DNA of 64,000 nt from an uncultured Pseudomonadota bacterium (GTDB lineage Bacteria; Myxococcota_A; Polyangia; Fen-1088): positions 128,001 through 192,000 of the forward strand of contig CAWKBC010000027.1 of NCBI GenBank assembly GCA_963847705.1. The letters are read 5' to 3'. Positions 48,078-57,989 of the stretch are shown piece by piece. The translations under genes were made by a program, and so were the position numbers. How positions within the stretch are numbered: position 1 is the first letter of the stretch; each line of letters starts with the position of its first letter. The notes beneath the pieces are model-generated. The model made no database searches and was not told where the DNA came from. It worked only from the letters and a program-made list of their open reading frames with translations.

Positions 48078-48950
48078 TCACCGCATCGCGTACAGATCGT
48101 AGGCGTAGATGAGCTCCCTCATCCGCACCTCGCCGATACCAGCGCACTGCAGTCGGTTGAGCCAAAGGTAATCAGGATGGGCTGTCTCGATCCGGGGAGC
48201 GGTGCGCGTCGGTGCGATGGCCGGCCACCGCTTGGCGAGGAAGTTCTCATACCCGTTCTCACCGAAGTCGCAAGACCCCTGGTAGCTGGCAAAGAGAATC
48301 GCGCCCTCTTCCGTTTCGACGGTGGCGCGCACGTTCATCACGCCGATGCCGTCGCGTCGGATGATCATCCAATCGCCTCCGTCTTTGCGCACCTTTGCCC
48401 GGGCCTTGAGGCCAGTGACAGAGCCCTCGTTGGGGCTCCAAAACCAGTTGACCATGAGTCCGCCGGGCGTGACGCCCACGATTTCTGGCTCTCGCAGCGG
48501 AACGCGGATCGACGCGAGGTACTCGAGGTTGGGCGACGTTCGGTCGGAGCGGCGCCTGGGCGGAACGTTCTCGACCTCGGAGGGGAGAGAGGGGCTGGCC
48601 AGCTGAAATGAGGAGGGAAGGGAGGCAGCGGTGGCAGGATCCGGAGCGCTACGCCCCGCACAGCTGACGACGGCAACATAGCTCACGCGCTCGCCGGCCA
48701 GGAACTCAGGCAAGGTCACCCGATGATATTCGAACCCTCGGTCGAAATCGGTCCGCACCCGAAACCCCCGGGCGGATTTGACCAATCCCTGGTCGACCCG
48801 GTACCGCAACGTGAGGACGTTGCTCGGGCTCGGGGGTTGGATTCCCACAGTCACCGAGACTCCCTGGCGAGGCTGCGTGGAAGAATCGACAGGCGCGGGC
48901 GCGTCGTCGGTTCCGTACCAGAGCGTCAGCCCTTCGTTTGTGAAACGCAC
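48078..48950 (-). CDS. DUF3237-domain protein with an extra N-terminal beta domain
   Basis: C-terminal GGDWMIIRRDG...TAPRIETAHPDYLWLNRL; N-terminal LTLWYGTDDAPAP domain. Confidence 0.75.
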   Translation of the reverse strand: MRFTNEGLTLWYGTDDAPAPVDSSTQPRQGVSVTVGIQPPSPSNVLTLRYRVDQGLVKSARGFRVRTDFDRGFEYHRVTLPEFLAGERVSYVAVVSCAGRSAPDPATAASLPSSFQLASPSLPSEVENVPPRRRSDRTSPNLEYLASIRVPLREPEIVGVTPGGLMVNWFWSPNEGSVTGLKARAKVRKDGGDWMIIRRDGIGVMNVRATVETEEGAILFASYQGSCDFGENGYENFLAKRWPAIAPTRTAPRIETAHPDYLWLNRLQCAGIGEVRMRELIYAYDLYAMR

Positions 48951-48961
48951 GACCGCTCTTC

Positions 48962-51900
48962 CTAGGCCCGCGCGACGGATGCGCCGTCGGCCTCATGTGT
49001 CGAAGGCGGTGTCCCGCCCAGTCGATCGATCAGCTCGCGCGCCGCCCGAAGATCCGGCGTCGAGAAGCCCTCGGTGAAGGAGGCGTAACAGTCGGTCACC
49101 AGACTGCGTGCCGCTTCGCCGCGCCCCGTCCGTTCCCACAGCCGCGCGAGACTCGTCGTCGCCCGCAGCTCCAACATCCGCGCATTCTGATCGCGCGCCA
49201 GGAGGCGCGCGCGAGAGAAGCACACCTCGCCCTCCTCGGTCTGTTCGCGCTCGAGGAGGATCTCGCCCTTGAGTCGGTGGATCTCGGGGGCGAAGTGCAG
49301 TTCTTCCCGGGCCTCCGCCTCACTGATTTCCGCGTCGAGCGTGGCGAGCGCTTCGTCCCGGCGCCCTGTCTTCCAGAGCGAGCGGCCGAGCATCGCCATC
49401 GCGATGGTTTGGTTCAGATAGCTCCCTGTGGCCTGCCAGGCCTTGATGCCCTTTCGAATCTCGTCGATTCCCTCGTGATCTCCGCACCGCTCGACGAGCG
49501 CCCAGCCGTGGAAGATCATGGCGAAAGGAGTCCAGATCTCGAAGCTCTCCTGCTTGGCCAGACGCAGGAGATCCTCCGCGGTCTTTGCCGCCCCGTCGAC
49601 GTCGAGGTTGTAGGCACGAAGGAGAAGGCTCGCAGCGAGAGCAAACGCTTCGCTCGGATGATGCCCGAGCGTGCGTGTCAAGGCGACGCCCGATTCCACC
49701 AATGCCGGTGCCTGATCTGGATAGCCCAGCATCCAGAGACTCGAGCCGAGCATGATCCGCAGAGCCACCGACGACGAGAACTGAAAGTTGCGAACGATCT
49801 GGCGTTCGATCGCGAGATCGAACAAGAGCTGCGCCTGCTCCGCGTGCTCGCGGACCTGGAGAAACTCGCCACGATAGAAGTGACTGTAGCCCACGGCGTG
49901 GTGAGCCATCACGCGGAGCATGGGCTCCCCGCTGGCCTCGGCGAGGCGCAGCACCTCTCGGCCGGTCCCCAGCGCCTCGCGCAGTCTTCCGCGCAGGAAG
50001 TTGTTGGTCCAGAGCCCCCACCGGGAGCCGTAGGTGCTGGGAAAATCGTCGAGGAGGTCGCCGAGCTCCCGCACCCGTTTGCACGTCGCCTCGACCTCGC
50101 CCGATGCCCACCCCTTGATCGCCATGAATGCTGGAAAAAGCCCGTTCTGCAGCGCCAGCTCGCGCTCGTTCCTATCGCGGCTGAGAGGGAAGGTCATCAC
50201 GAGTCTCAGCGCGCGCTCGAAGTGTGCGATCGCCTCGCTGTTGGCGGCGCGGTCGAGCGCACGCCAGGCCGCGCGTTGCCAGTAAGCGATCGCCTCCTCG
50301 TACTGTCCCGCCTCCGTGTAATGGTGGGCGACCAGCTCGGGCTGCTTCTCGAGGACGTCGGGAAAACGCAGTCGCAGGACGTCGGCGATACGCCGGTGCT
50401 GCTCCTGCCGCGTGCTCTTGAGCATGGCTTCGTATGCCGCGTCCTGGATGAGGGCGTGCTTGAAAACGTAGCGTGAATTGGGGGGCATCCCCGATTGGTA
50501 GAGCATCTCGGCGTCGATGAGCTGACTCAACGCCCGGTCGAGAGCGCCGCCTTCGATCCCCGAGACCGCGCTCAAGATCTCGTATGAAAAATCTCGTCCG
50601 AGCACGGCGCCGATCTGCGCGACCATTTTGGTCGCGCCGAGTCGGTCGAGCCGGGCCGTCAGCGAACCCCGCAAGGTGGCAGGAATGGTGAGGACCGGCG
50701 CCTTCCCCGTGAGCTCACCCGAGCGCGCCAGGCCAGATTCACGAACGAGCTTGCTCAGCTCCTCGATGAACAGGGGGTTGCCGTCCGCACGGGCCAGAAC
50801 CTGTTGCAGCAAGTTCTCCGACAGGAGCTCGCCACCGGCGGCCCAGCGTGCAATGCGAGCCGACGAGTGTCGATCGAGGGGGATGAGCTTCTGCGGCGTG
50901 ACATAGTCGAGCCCACTCCACCAGTCTGGCAGGGCGAATTCGTGTGGCCGGAAGGTCAGCACCGCGAGGATTCGCGCGCCGCGGATGCTGTTGAGCAAGA
51001 GATCGAGCAGCTCCACTGTCGAGGGATCGGCCCAGTGGAGATCCTCGAGAATGAACAGCACGGGTTTCTGGGCGGCCCGGTTCAGCAGGACGCGAAGGAG
51101 CGCCTTTTTGATCTGCAGCTTCTCTCGTTCGGGCTCTCGTTGCTCGCTGGGCTCCGAGGGCAATGACAGCAGTCTGGCGAAGAGCGGCAGATTCCCCTCG
51201 AGCGACAGGTCATTTTGTTTGAGCCAGTCTCCGAGCTTTCGCAGCTTTTCGTCCGTTTCGGTATGGGCGCCGAGCTGCAGGATCACCCGCTCCAGCAGAT
51301 CGACGATCGGGTGAAAGGACGAGTTCCGCGCGTGGGAAGAGGCTTGGCAAGGGGTGAGCCAATGGGTCGGATCTTGCGACAAAATGTGCTCGCTCAGGGC
51401 ACGGACCAGGCGCGATTTTCCGATCCCGGGCTCGCCACCCAGGAGGACGACCTGTCCCTGTCCGTTCTGGGCCTTCTCCCAGCGGTCCCGGAGAAGGTGC
51501 ATCTCGGCCTCGCGGCCGGCCAACGGCGTCAATCCAGCAGCGCTCACCGCTTCGAGTCGCGAGCGCTTGGCGTTCTCGCCGAGCACCTCGTAGACACCGG
51601 TCGCCTGGCCAATGCCCTTGAGCTCGCGCTTGCCGAGGTCGCGCGTGACGAAATAGCCGTCGACCAAGTTGTATGTGCTCTGAGTAATCACGACCGTGTC
51701 GGGGGCGGCCACGTCCTTCAGTCGGGATGCCAGGTTCGGCGGTTCGCCGATGGCGAGAAACTCCTGTCGTTCTCCCGCGCCGACGCCACCAAAGACGACC
51801 AGACCGGTGTCGATCCCGATGCGGGCCGAGAGGGTCACGCCGCGATCGCGTTGCAACTCGGGATTGAGATGGCCAATGGCCTCGAGAATCCCGAGCCCTG

Positions 51901-52360
51901 CACGAACCGCGCGCCAGGAATCGTCTTCGTGGGCCTCGGGACAACCGAAGTAGGCCAGCAGTCCGTCACCGAGAGGCTGGGCCAAGTACCCGTCGAACCG
52001 AGCGATCACCGCGGCCCCCATCTCATGGTAGGTCTGCAGGATGTTCATCAGGTCCTCGGGATCGAGGCGGCTCGCCAGCTTGGCCGATCCCACGAGGTCA
52101 CAGAACAAGACGGCCGCCTGACGGTGCTCGGCGCGTCCGCCGTTGGAGCTCCTATGACCGCGTCGGAGCGGGCTGGGCTCCGCCCGCGGTCGAAGACCTT
52201 CTTCGTCGCCTCCTGTGCGAGCGCCGCAGTCGGAGCAGAAGTTCGCGCGCGCGGGGAGCTCTACACCACAGCTCGCGCAGTGCGCTGCCAGGGGTGTTCC
52301 GCAGTCGATGCAGAAGTGTGCCCGCGGAGCATTCTCGGCGTGACACCTTTGGCAGACCAT
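48962..52360 (-). CDS. Zinc ribbon + class III adenylate/guanylate cyclase + STAND/AAA ATPase + TPR protein
   Basis: Four CxxC motifs; [23 protein letters not shown]; Walker [35 protein letters not shown]; GGAGG RBS. Confidence 0.92.
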   Translation of the reverse strand: MVCQRCHAENAPRAHFCIDCGTPLAAHCASCGVELPARANFCSDCGARTGGDEEGLRPRAEPSPLRRGHRSSNGGRAEHRQAAVLFCDLVGSAKLASRLDPEDLMNILQTYHEMGAAVIARFDGYLAQPLGDGLLAYFGCPEAHEDDSWRAVRAGLGILEAIGHLNPELQRDRGVTLSARIGIDTGLVVFGGVGAGERQEFLAIGEPPNLASRLKDVAAPDTVVITQSTYNLVDGYFVTRDLGKRELKGIGQATGVYEVLGENAKRSRLEAVSAAGLTPLAGREAEMHLLRDRWEKAQNGQGQVVLLGGEPGIGKSRLVRALSEHILSQDPTHWLTPCQASSHARNSSFHPIVDLLERVILQLGAHTETDEKLRKLGDWLKQNDLSLEGNLPLFARLLSLPSEPSEQREPEREKLQIKKALLRVLLNRAAQKPVLFILEDLHWADPSTVELLDLLLNSIRGARILAVLTFRPHEFALPDWWSGLDYVTPQKLIPLDRHSSARIARWAAGGELLSENLLQQVLARADGNPLFIEELSKLVRESGLARSGELTGKAPVLTIPATLRGSLTARLDRLGATKMVAQIGAVLGRDFSYEILSAVSGIEGGALDRALSQLIDAEMLYQSGMPPNSRYVFKHALIQDAAYEAMLKSTRQEQHRRIADVLRLRFPDVLEKQPELVAHHYTEAGQYEEAIAYWQRAAWRALDRAANSEAIAHFERALRLVMTFPLSRDRNERELALQNGLFPAFMAIKGWASGEVEATCKRVRELGDLLDDFPSTYGSRWGLWTNNFLRGRLREALGTGREVLRLAEASGEPMLRVMAHHAVGYSHFYRGEFLQVREHAEQAQLLFDLAIERQIVRNFQFSSSVALRIMLGSSLWMLGYPDQAPALVESGVALTRTLGHHPSEAFALAASLLLRAYNLDVDGAAKTAEDLLRLAKQESFEIWTPFAMIFHGWALVERCGDHEGIDEIRKGIKAWQATGSYLNQTIAMAMLGRSLWKTGRRDEALATLDAEISEAEAREELHFAPEIHRLKGEILLEREQTEEGEVCFSRARLLARDQNARMLELRATTSLARLWERTGRGEAARSLVTDCYASFTEGFSTPDLRAARELIDRLGGTPPSTHEADGASVARA

Positions 52361-52757
52361 TCGGAAACCTCCCGGAGTCGACTGGCGACGACCACCGCCC
52401 CTGTTGTCAGTCCAACCAGATTCGACTCGACATGTATCACGGAATATCGGCGTCTCATAGACAGTCGCCGGCCCCTCCCTGAGAAAGGAGCCTCCATCGA
52501 ATTCAGGCGGTTCCCGGTGGTGATCGCCAATACGCCGCCGTACGGCTTCCAAATGCGAGTTGGTGGAATGTGACAACAAGAGAATGAAATAACGGAATAG
52601 GTTCGCGGTCGATCGTTCGATATCGACAAGCCGTGATGCCTTATGCCACTATCGCGTCGCCAACGCTGAGAGACAGACAGCCGTTTCCCGGGGGGGTGAG
52701 ATTGGATCGGTCGGTTCGCGTCGTCGCGCGTTTGACCTCGCTCTCGCGTGGACGCTG

Positions 52758-53390
52758 ATGCCGTACTTTCAAAGAGGCCGGCTCACCGACGGAGGACCGC
52801 CTGTCGAGGGCATCGCCGGCGCCGAGTTGCTGGCAAGCGACATCGTGGACAAGGCCGCCGCGATTCTCGATCAGGAGCAGCGCGTCCCGGCCGGCTCCGT
52901 GCCTGGAGGAATGAGCAACCCCCTCGCGCTCCTGGACGGTGCAACGGGGGCGGGAGATATTCAAAAGCAGTTGAGCCAGGCGCTGGCCGCGCTCCTCAAT
53001 GCCTTCCTGCAATCGGTTCCGATGGCACAACGGACGCCGACTGCGGTCCGACCCGCCCTGATTGGCGCAACGGTTCCGGTAATCGGGTCGGAGAGCCCGG
53101 CGAAGGCCGGAGAGACCGCCAGAGTCCAGGTGACGGTCGCCAAAGACGGGCCTGGGCCAAGCAGCCTCACTCTTTACAGTACGGACTTCGTGAGCGACAC
53201 GGGATTTCAGATTCCATCGGCGTGCGCGACGTTCTCTCCTCGATCGATCACCGTCGACGGACTGGACTCTCAGAAATCGGAAATGCGGATCGCGATTCCG
53301 GCGCAGTGCGCTCGGGGTGCGTACTCGGCGCTGGTTCAGGCCATGGGCGCCGGCCGACCGTGCGCCGTCGTTGTGTTGCAAGTTGAATAA
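52758..53390 (+). CDS. Hypothetical protein (helical N-terminus, Ig-like C-terminus); first gene of the encapsulin operon
   Basis: 210-aa ORF with coding-like composition; beta-rich C-terminus (GAYSALVQA). Confidence 0.65.
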   Translation: MPYFQRGRLTDGGPPVEGIAGAELLASDIVDKAAAILDQEQRVPAGSVPGGMSNPLALLDGATGAGDIQKQLSQALAALLNAFLQSVPMAQRTPTAVRPALIGATVPVIGSESPAKAGETARVQVTVAKDGPGPSSLTLYSTDFVSDTGFQIPSACATFSPRSITVDGLDSQKSEMRIAIPAQCARGAYSALVQAMGAGRPCAVVVLQVE

Positions 53391-53434
53391 GGATCAGAAG
53401 GCGTGACGGTAATCACGGTCGACCAGGGGGACTC

Positions 53435-54892
53435 ATGAACGAGCAGACGAACTATCCGAATTGGACGGACGAACAGTGGAGGCGGGTCACCGAGCTCGTC
53501 GCGACAGAGGCCGACAAGGCGCGCGTGGGCGCCCGGTATCTTCCCCTCTACGGCCCGGTCGACCCGTCGGTGGTGGCGGTGCCCAACTATCTGCTGGGCA
53601 ACGTCCCCAACCCTCCGTTCGCGCGGCTGAGAGCTCCCAATCGACTCGACGTCGACAGTTCTCCCGAGACCTACCTCGCGACCATCACAATCCAGATTCC
53701 GCTCGCCAACCACGAGGTGGCCGAGCCCGAGCTTCAAGCGGCGTCCGTCGCTTTTCGCCGCGCCGCCGTCACGATCGCGCGCATCGAGGACGCTCTCCTC
53801 TTCAACGGTCAGGCTGCGCCGGGCCTGGCACCGCCGCCCACCTACCCCGGAGGTTGGCTGACCGGTCTGCCGCCCGTCTACTCGGTGAACGGCGGTGGCC
53901 AGCAAGCTGGCTTGGTACCGGCGGGCGCCATGCCGAACATCCCGCCTCCCGCCGGCAGCGTCGCGCCGCGGGTCGACGTGGAACTTCCCCTGCCGGCGGG
54001 CGCGCCGGCGCAGCCTTGGACCCCTGCGGAACGAGCGGCGTTCATGGGACCATGGAGCGAGATCATCGTCCGGCATGTCAGCGACACGATCGGCCTTTTG
54101 GAGGCGAACGGGCATTCGGGCCCATTTGCCTGTTTCCTATCGCCAAATCTCTTCGAAGCGGTTCATACACCGTCGGAGGCGATGGTCTTGCCGCGAGATC
54201 GGATCCTTCCATTCCTGGGCGGCGAATACTTGTGCCGGTCGAACACCATCCCCGACGGTTACGGAATCATCGTGGGGGGGGTACCCGCATACGAGACCGA
54301 CGCCTACGGTAAGAGGCACAAGCAGAACGGCGCGGGCAGCCCGGTGGAGATTGTCGTCGCCACAGATATCTCACTCCGCTACCTCCAGCAGACACCCGAG
54401 CCCAAGTTCCTCTTCAGAATCTGGGAGAAGATCGCCCTCAGAGTGAAGGAGTGGAATGCCGTAGCCGTTCTCCGTCCCGAGTCCAATCCAGCTGGAGCGC
54501 CGGTGATGCTGCCGTCAATTAAACCGCCGCCTCCGACGGTCCACGATCTGAAGGAGCAAGTTCGGAATGCAATAGCCGGCGCACGAAAGAAGAGCCAGGA
54601 CGCGCTCTTGGAAAAGATCACAGCGCAAAAGGCGACAATTTCGAAGCACGAGATCGTGAAGGTTGCCGTCGGGAAGCATTTCGACGATCGGATCGAAATC
54701 ATTAAGAAGGGGCAGCACCACTCTCCCGAGGAGCTAGAGAAGAGCACCGCTGCGCTCGCTGCTGAGCGAGGCGCGCTTGAGGCTGAGCAGGCGGCGACGC
54801 ACTCAAAGCTCGAGAGCGAGCTGAAGCAGCTCGAAGAAGAACAAAAGCAGCTCGCGTCCGACTTGAAAATGCCGGACGATCTGGCGGATTGA
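53435..54892 (+). CDS. Encapsulin shell protein (Linocin_M18/HK97-like) with C-terminal coiled-coil extension
   Basis: WTDEQW..V...A...RVGARYLPLYGP, IARIEDALLFNG, GPFACFLSPNLFEAV, LPRDRI and VEIVVATDISLRYL...FRIWEKIALRVKE match the Family 1 encapsulin pattern. Confidence 0.75.
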   Translation: MNEQTNYPNWTDEQWRRVTELVATEADKARVGARYLPLYGPVDPSVVAVPNYLLGNVPNPPFARLRAPNRLDVDSSPETYLATITIQIPLANHEVAEPELQAASVAFRRAAVTIARIEDALLFNGQAAPGLAPPPTYPGGWLTGLPPVYSVNGGGQQAGLVPAGAMPNIPPPAGSVAPRVDVELPLPAGAPAQPWTPAERAAFMGPWSEIIVRHVSDTIGLLEANGHSGPFACFLSPNLFEAVHTPSEAMVLPRDRILPFLGGEYLCRSNTIPDGYGIIVGGVPAYETDAYGKRHKQNGAGSPVEIVVATDISLRYLQQTPEPKFLFRIWEKIALRVKEWNAVAVLRPESNPAGAPVMLPSIKPPPPTVHDLKEQVRNAIAGARKKSQDALLEKITAQKATISKHEIVKVAVGKHFDDRIEIIKKGQHHSPEELEKSTAALAAERGALEAEQAATHSKLESELKQLEEEQKQLASDLKMPDDLAD

Positions 54893-54908
54893 GCGTCACG
54901 GCGTTCCT

Positions 54909-56870
54909 TTGCCGCCCAAGGTCATAGTTCTCGGCGGTGGCGTCGCCGGGATGAGCGCGGCTCACGAGCTCGTGAGCCGCGGCTTCCAGGTCGAGGTCTA
55001 CGAGCGACGGTCGATCGCGGGAGGGAAGGCCCGCAGCTTGCCGGTCGACGGGGCGCTCGATCGCGGGCCGCCGGTTCTCGACGGCGCGGGATCACCGGGC
55101 GGCGCGCGACCGAACTGGAAGCCGTGGCTCCCGGGGGAGCACGGGTTTCGCTTCTTCCCCCGGTTCTATCAGCACGTCGTCGACACGATGTCGGGGATTC
55201 CTTACGGCAAGGGCAGCGTGGCCGACAACCTCGTCGACACGACGCGGGTTCAGGTGGCGCGATTCGACCAACCTTCTTTCTTCTTGCCGGCGCGGTTTCC
55301 GCGAGGCCTGGGCGACCTGCAGACGATCGTGCACGCCATCCTCGGGCTGCTCTCCGGCAGCATTGGATTGACGCTAGAGGAGACGGCGCGTTTCGCGACC
55401 AAGCTCTGGCAGATCTTCACCTCCTGCGACGAGCGTCGGTCGACGGAGTACGAGAAGATCAGCTGGTGGAATTTCGTCGAAGCCGACGGCGGCTCCGAGC
55501 TGTACCAGCGCTTCTTTGGCCATGGGATCACCCGGTCCTTGGTGGCGGCGAAGGCGCGCCGCGCCAGCACGAAGACCATCGGCAATATCTTTTCGCAAAT
55601 CGTCTTCGATATTCTGCGGCCAGGCCCGAGCGCCGACCGCGTCCTCAACGGGCCCACCAACGACGTCTGGATCGATCCCTGGCTCGAACACCTGACGAAG
55701 TCTGGCGTCAAGTACCAGTTCGAGGCGGAGGTGAAGCGCATCAACTGTTCGGGGGGCGTCGTTCGCAGCGCCACCATCGCCTTCGGGGGCCAAGAGGTAC
55801 AGGTCGAAGGCGACTACTTCATCGGCGCGGTCCCGGTCGAGCGGATGGCCGACCTCGTCTCCGCCGACCTCCTGGACGCCGATCCGTCGCTGGCCAATCT
55901 CGCCGTTCTCAAGGGGGCGGTCGAGTGGATGAACGGGATTCAGTTCTTCCTCACCGAGGACGTGCCGATCGCGCACGGTCACACCATCTACCTCGACTCT
56001 CCCTGGGCCATCACCTCGGTGTCCCAGCCGCAGTTTTGGACCGACCGCGACCTCGCGGACTACGGCGACGGGAAGGTCAAAGGGATTGTCTCGGTGGACA
56101 TCTCGAACTGGAACGTCGCAGGCCTGAACGGCAAGAAGGCCCGTGACTGCAGCCGCCAGGAGGTTGCCACCGAAGTTTGGGCCCAGATGAAGCGCAGCCT
56201 GAATATCGGCGACGAGGTCCTGGCGGACGAGCAGCTCCACTCGTGGTTCCTCGACCCCGACGTCGAGGCCTCCGATGACCCATCGCGACCAAGGCTCGAG
56301 GTAAACACCGAGCCGCTGCTGGTGAATTACGTGGACACCTGGCGCCTTCGCCCGGAGGCCGTGACCCGCATTCCGAACTTCTTCCTTGCGGGGGACTACG
56401 TTCGGACCACGACGGATCTGGCCACGATGGAGGCGGCCAACGAGGCAGCGAGGCGCGCGGTCAACGGCCTCCTCAAGGTGTCGTGCTCCGCGAAAGAACC
56501 CTGCCTGCTCTGGGCTCTCCACGAGCCCGAGGCGCTCGCTCCCTGGCGCGCCTACGACCGGGTCCGATTCAGGCAGGGCTTGCCGTGGGACGATCGTCTG
56601 GCGGCCGTGGCGGATCTGGCCCTCTCGGTGGCCGAGGGAACGAGGAGCCTCCTCACTCAGGGCGGTGGACCCCTCGGAGGGCTACAGGCGGTCGAACGGA
56701 GCGGGCGCGAGGTGGCTGGCATCGCCCGCGCCGAGATCGCGGGCGCGAACAGCACCGCGCTGCCCGACCTGCCGGCACGTGGAACCAGCGCGGGCCTTCC
56801 CAGTTTGGAGGCCGTCGATCCCGCTGACGGAACTCCGGGACCGCTCGTCGCCGCGACCCCACCCCCATGA
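54909..56870 (+). CDS. FAD-dependent oxidoreductase (amine oxidase / carotenoid desaturase / HpnE superfamily)
   Basis: LGGGVAGMSAA, ERRSIAGGKARS, GEHGFRFFP, FLAGDYV, ATMEAANEAARRAVN. Confidence 0.88.
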   Translation: MPPKVIVLGGGVAGMSAAHELVSRGFQVEVYERRSIAGGKARSLPVDGALDRGPPVLDGAGSPGGARPNWKPWLPGEHGFRFFPRFYQHVVDTMSGIPYGKGSVADNLVDTTRVQVARFDQPSFFLPARFPRGLGDLQTIVHAILGLLSGSIGLTLEETARFATKLWQIFTSCDERRSTEYEKISWWNFVEADGGSELYQRFFGHGITRSLVAAKARRASTKTIGNIFSQIVFDILRPGPSADRVLNGPTNDVWIDPWLEHLTKSGVKYQFEAEVKRINCSGGVVRSATIAFGGQEVQVEGDYFIGAVPVERMADLVSADLLDADPSLANLAVLKGAVEWMNGIQFFLTEDVPIAHGHTIYLDSPWAITSVSQPQFWTDRDLADYGDGKVKGIVSVDISNWNVAGLNGKKARDCSRQEVATEVWAQMKRSLNIGDEVLADEQLHSWFLDPDVEASDDPSRPRLEVNTEPLLVNYVDTWRLRPEAVTRIPNFFLAGDYVRTTTDLATMEAANEAARRAVNGLLKVSCSAKEPCLLWALHEPEALAPWRAYDRVRFRQGLPWDDRLAAVADLALSVAEGTRSLLTQGGGPLGGLQAVERSGREVAGIARAEIAGANSTALPDLPARGTSAGLPSLEAVDPADGTPGPLVAATPPP

Positions 56871-57919
56871 GCCAGCCGGACGACGCGGCGCCCGCCGAGA
56901 GCGAGTTCACCTCCAAGCTGGCCGAGTACAGGGAGCTGGTGTTGCCGATCCTCATGGCGGCTCTGCCCCAGCGTGAGCCGCGCCGTCATCTGTACGATCT
57001 CATCGGCGATTACTTCTCGCGCATCGGAAAGGGCTTGCGGCCCGCGCTCTGCATCGCGACCTGCCGCGCGTTCGGCGGCCGGGCCGAGGATGCCCTGAAG
57101 TCGGCAGCGGCTCTCGAGCTTCTTCACAACGCGTTCCTCGTTCACGACGACATTGAAGACGGCAGCGAGTCCCGTCGCGATCGACCCACCATGCACCTCG
57201 CACATGGTCTGGCGATCGCCGTCAACACCGGGGACGCCATGAACGCGCTGAGCCTGCGCCTGCTCAAGGACAACCTGCCCGTGCTGGGGGGAGCGAAGAC
57301 CTTCCGCGTCCTGCAGGAGTTCGACCACATGTTGATCGAAACCCTCGAGGGGCAGGCCATGGAGCTTGGGTGGGTGCGAGACAACGACTGTCGCGTCTCG
57401 GACCGAGACTATCTCCTCATGACGCTCAAGAAGACCTGCTGGTACAGCTTCATTCATCCGTGCCGCATCGGCGCGCTCATCGCGCGCGGCGACGACGTCG
57501 ATCTGGACGCCTTCAACCGCTTCGGGTTCTTCATGGGAGCGGCATTTCAGATCCAGGACGACGTTCTCAACCTGGTCGGTGAGGTTCGAAAATACGGAAA
57601 GGAGATCGGTGGCGACCTGTGGGAGGGCAAACGAACCCTGATCCTCGCGCACCTGTTCTCGCGTGCTGCCGCGCCGGAGCTCGAGCGCGTGCGCGCGGTG
57701 CTTGGAAAGCCTCGCGGACAGCGCTTGCAACGCGAGATTGACTGGCTCCTCTGTCGTCTCCGGGAGCACGGCAGCATCGAGTATGCACGCCAGGCCTCGC
57801 GCGACCTGATCCGCGGCGCGGCGCGCGAGTTCGATCGCGCCTACGCCGATGCGCCGGAGAGCGACGACAAAGCGTTCGTTCGTCGCTGCATCGAATACGT
57901 CGTGCAACGCGAATTGTAG
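56867..57919 (+). CDS. Polyprenyl diphosphate synthase
   Basis: GKGLRP, FARM HDDIED..RR, EGQAME, KKT, SARM FQIQDD, GGDLWEGKRT; ATGA overlap with the upstream gene. Confidence 0.93.
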   Translation: MSQPDDAAPAESEFTSKLAEYRELVLPILMAALPQREPRRHLYDLIGDYFSRIGKGLRPALCIATCRAFGGRAEDALKSAAALELLHNAFLVHDDIEDGSESRRDRPTMHLAHGLAIAVNTGDAMNALSLRLLKDNLPVLGGAKTFRVLQEFDHMLIETLEGQAMELGWVRDNDCRVSDRDYLLMTLKKTCWYSFIHPCRIGALIARGDDVDLDAFNRFGFFMGAAFQIQDDVLNLVGEVRKYGKEIGGDLWEGKRTLILAHLFSRAAAPELERVRAVLGKPRGQRLQREIDWLLCRLREHGSIEYARQASRDLIRGAAREFDRAYADAPESDDKAFVRRCIEYVVQREL

Positions 57920-57989
57920 TCCGGAGGGCCAGAAGCCTGACGTTGCTGGGGTGCGGAGGCGCCTGCCAGGTCACGGTCCGATCGTCGCG

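Noticed and set aside
48962-52360. Avs/CBASS-like antiphage system
   Set aside because: Cyclase-AAA-TPR proteins are widespread signalling proteins and no nuclease, TIR or other effector is adjacent. It cannot be fully excluded.
53435-54892. Prophage major capsid protein
   Set aside because: There are no terminase, portal, protease or tail genes, and the neighbours are metabolic enzymes, so encapsulin is the better reading.
54909-57919. Standard carotenoid or hopanoid cluster
   Set aside because: No phytoene/squalene synthase or cyclase lies in the window, so crt or hpn gene names are not supported.
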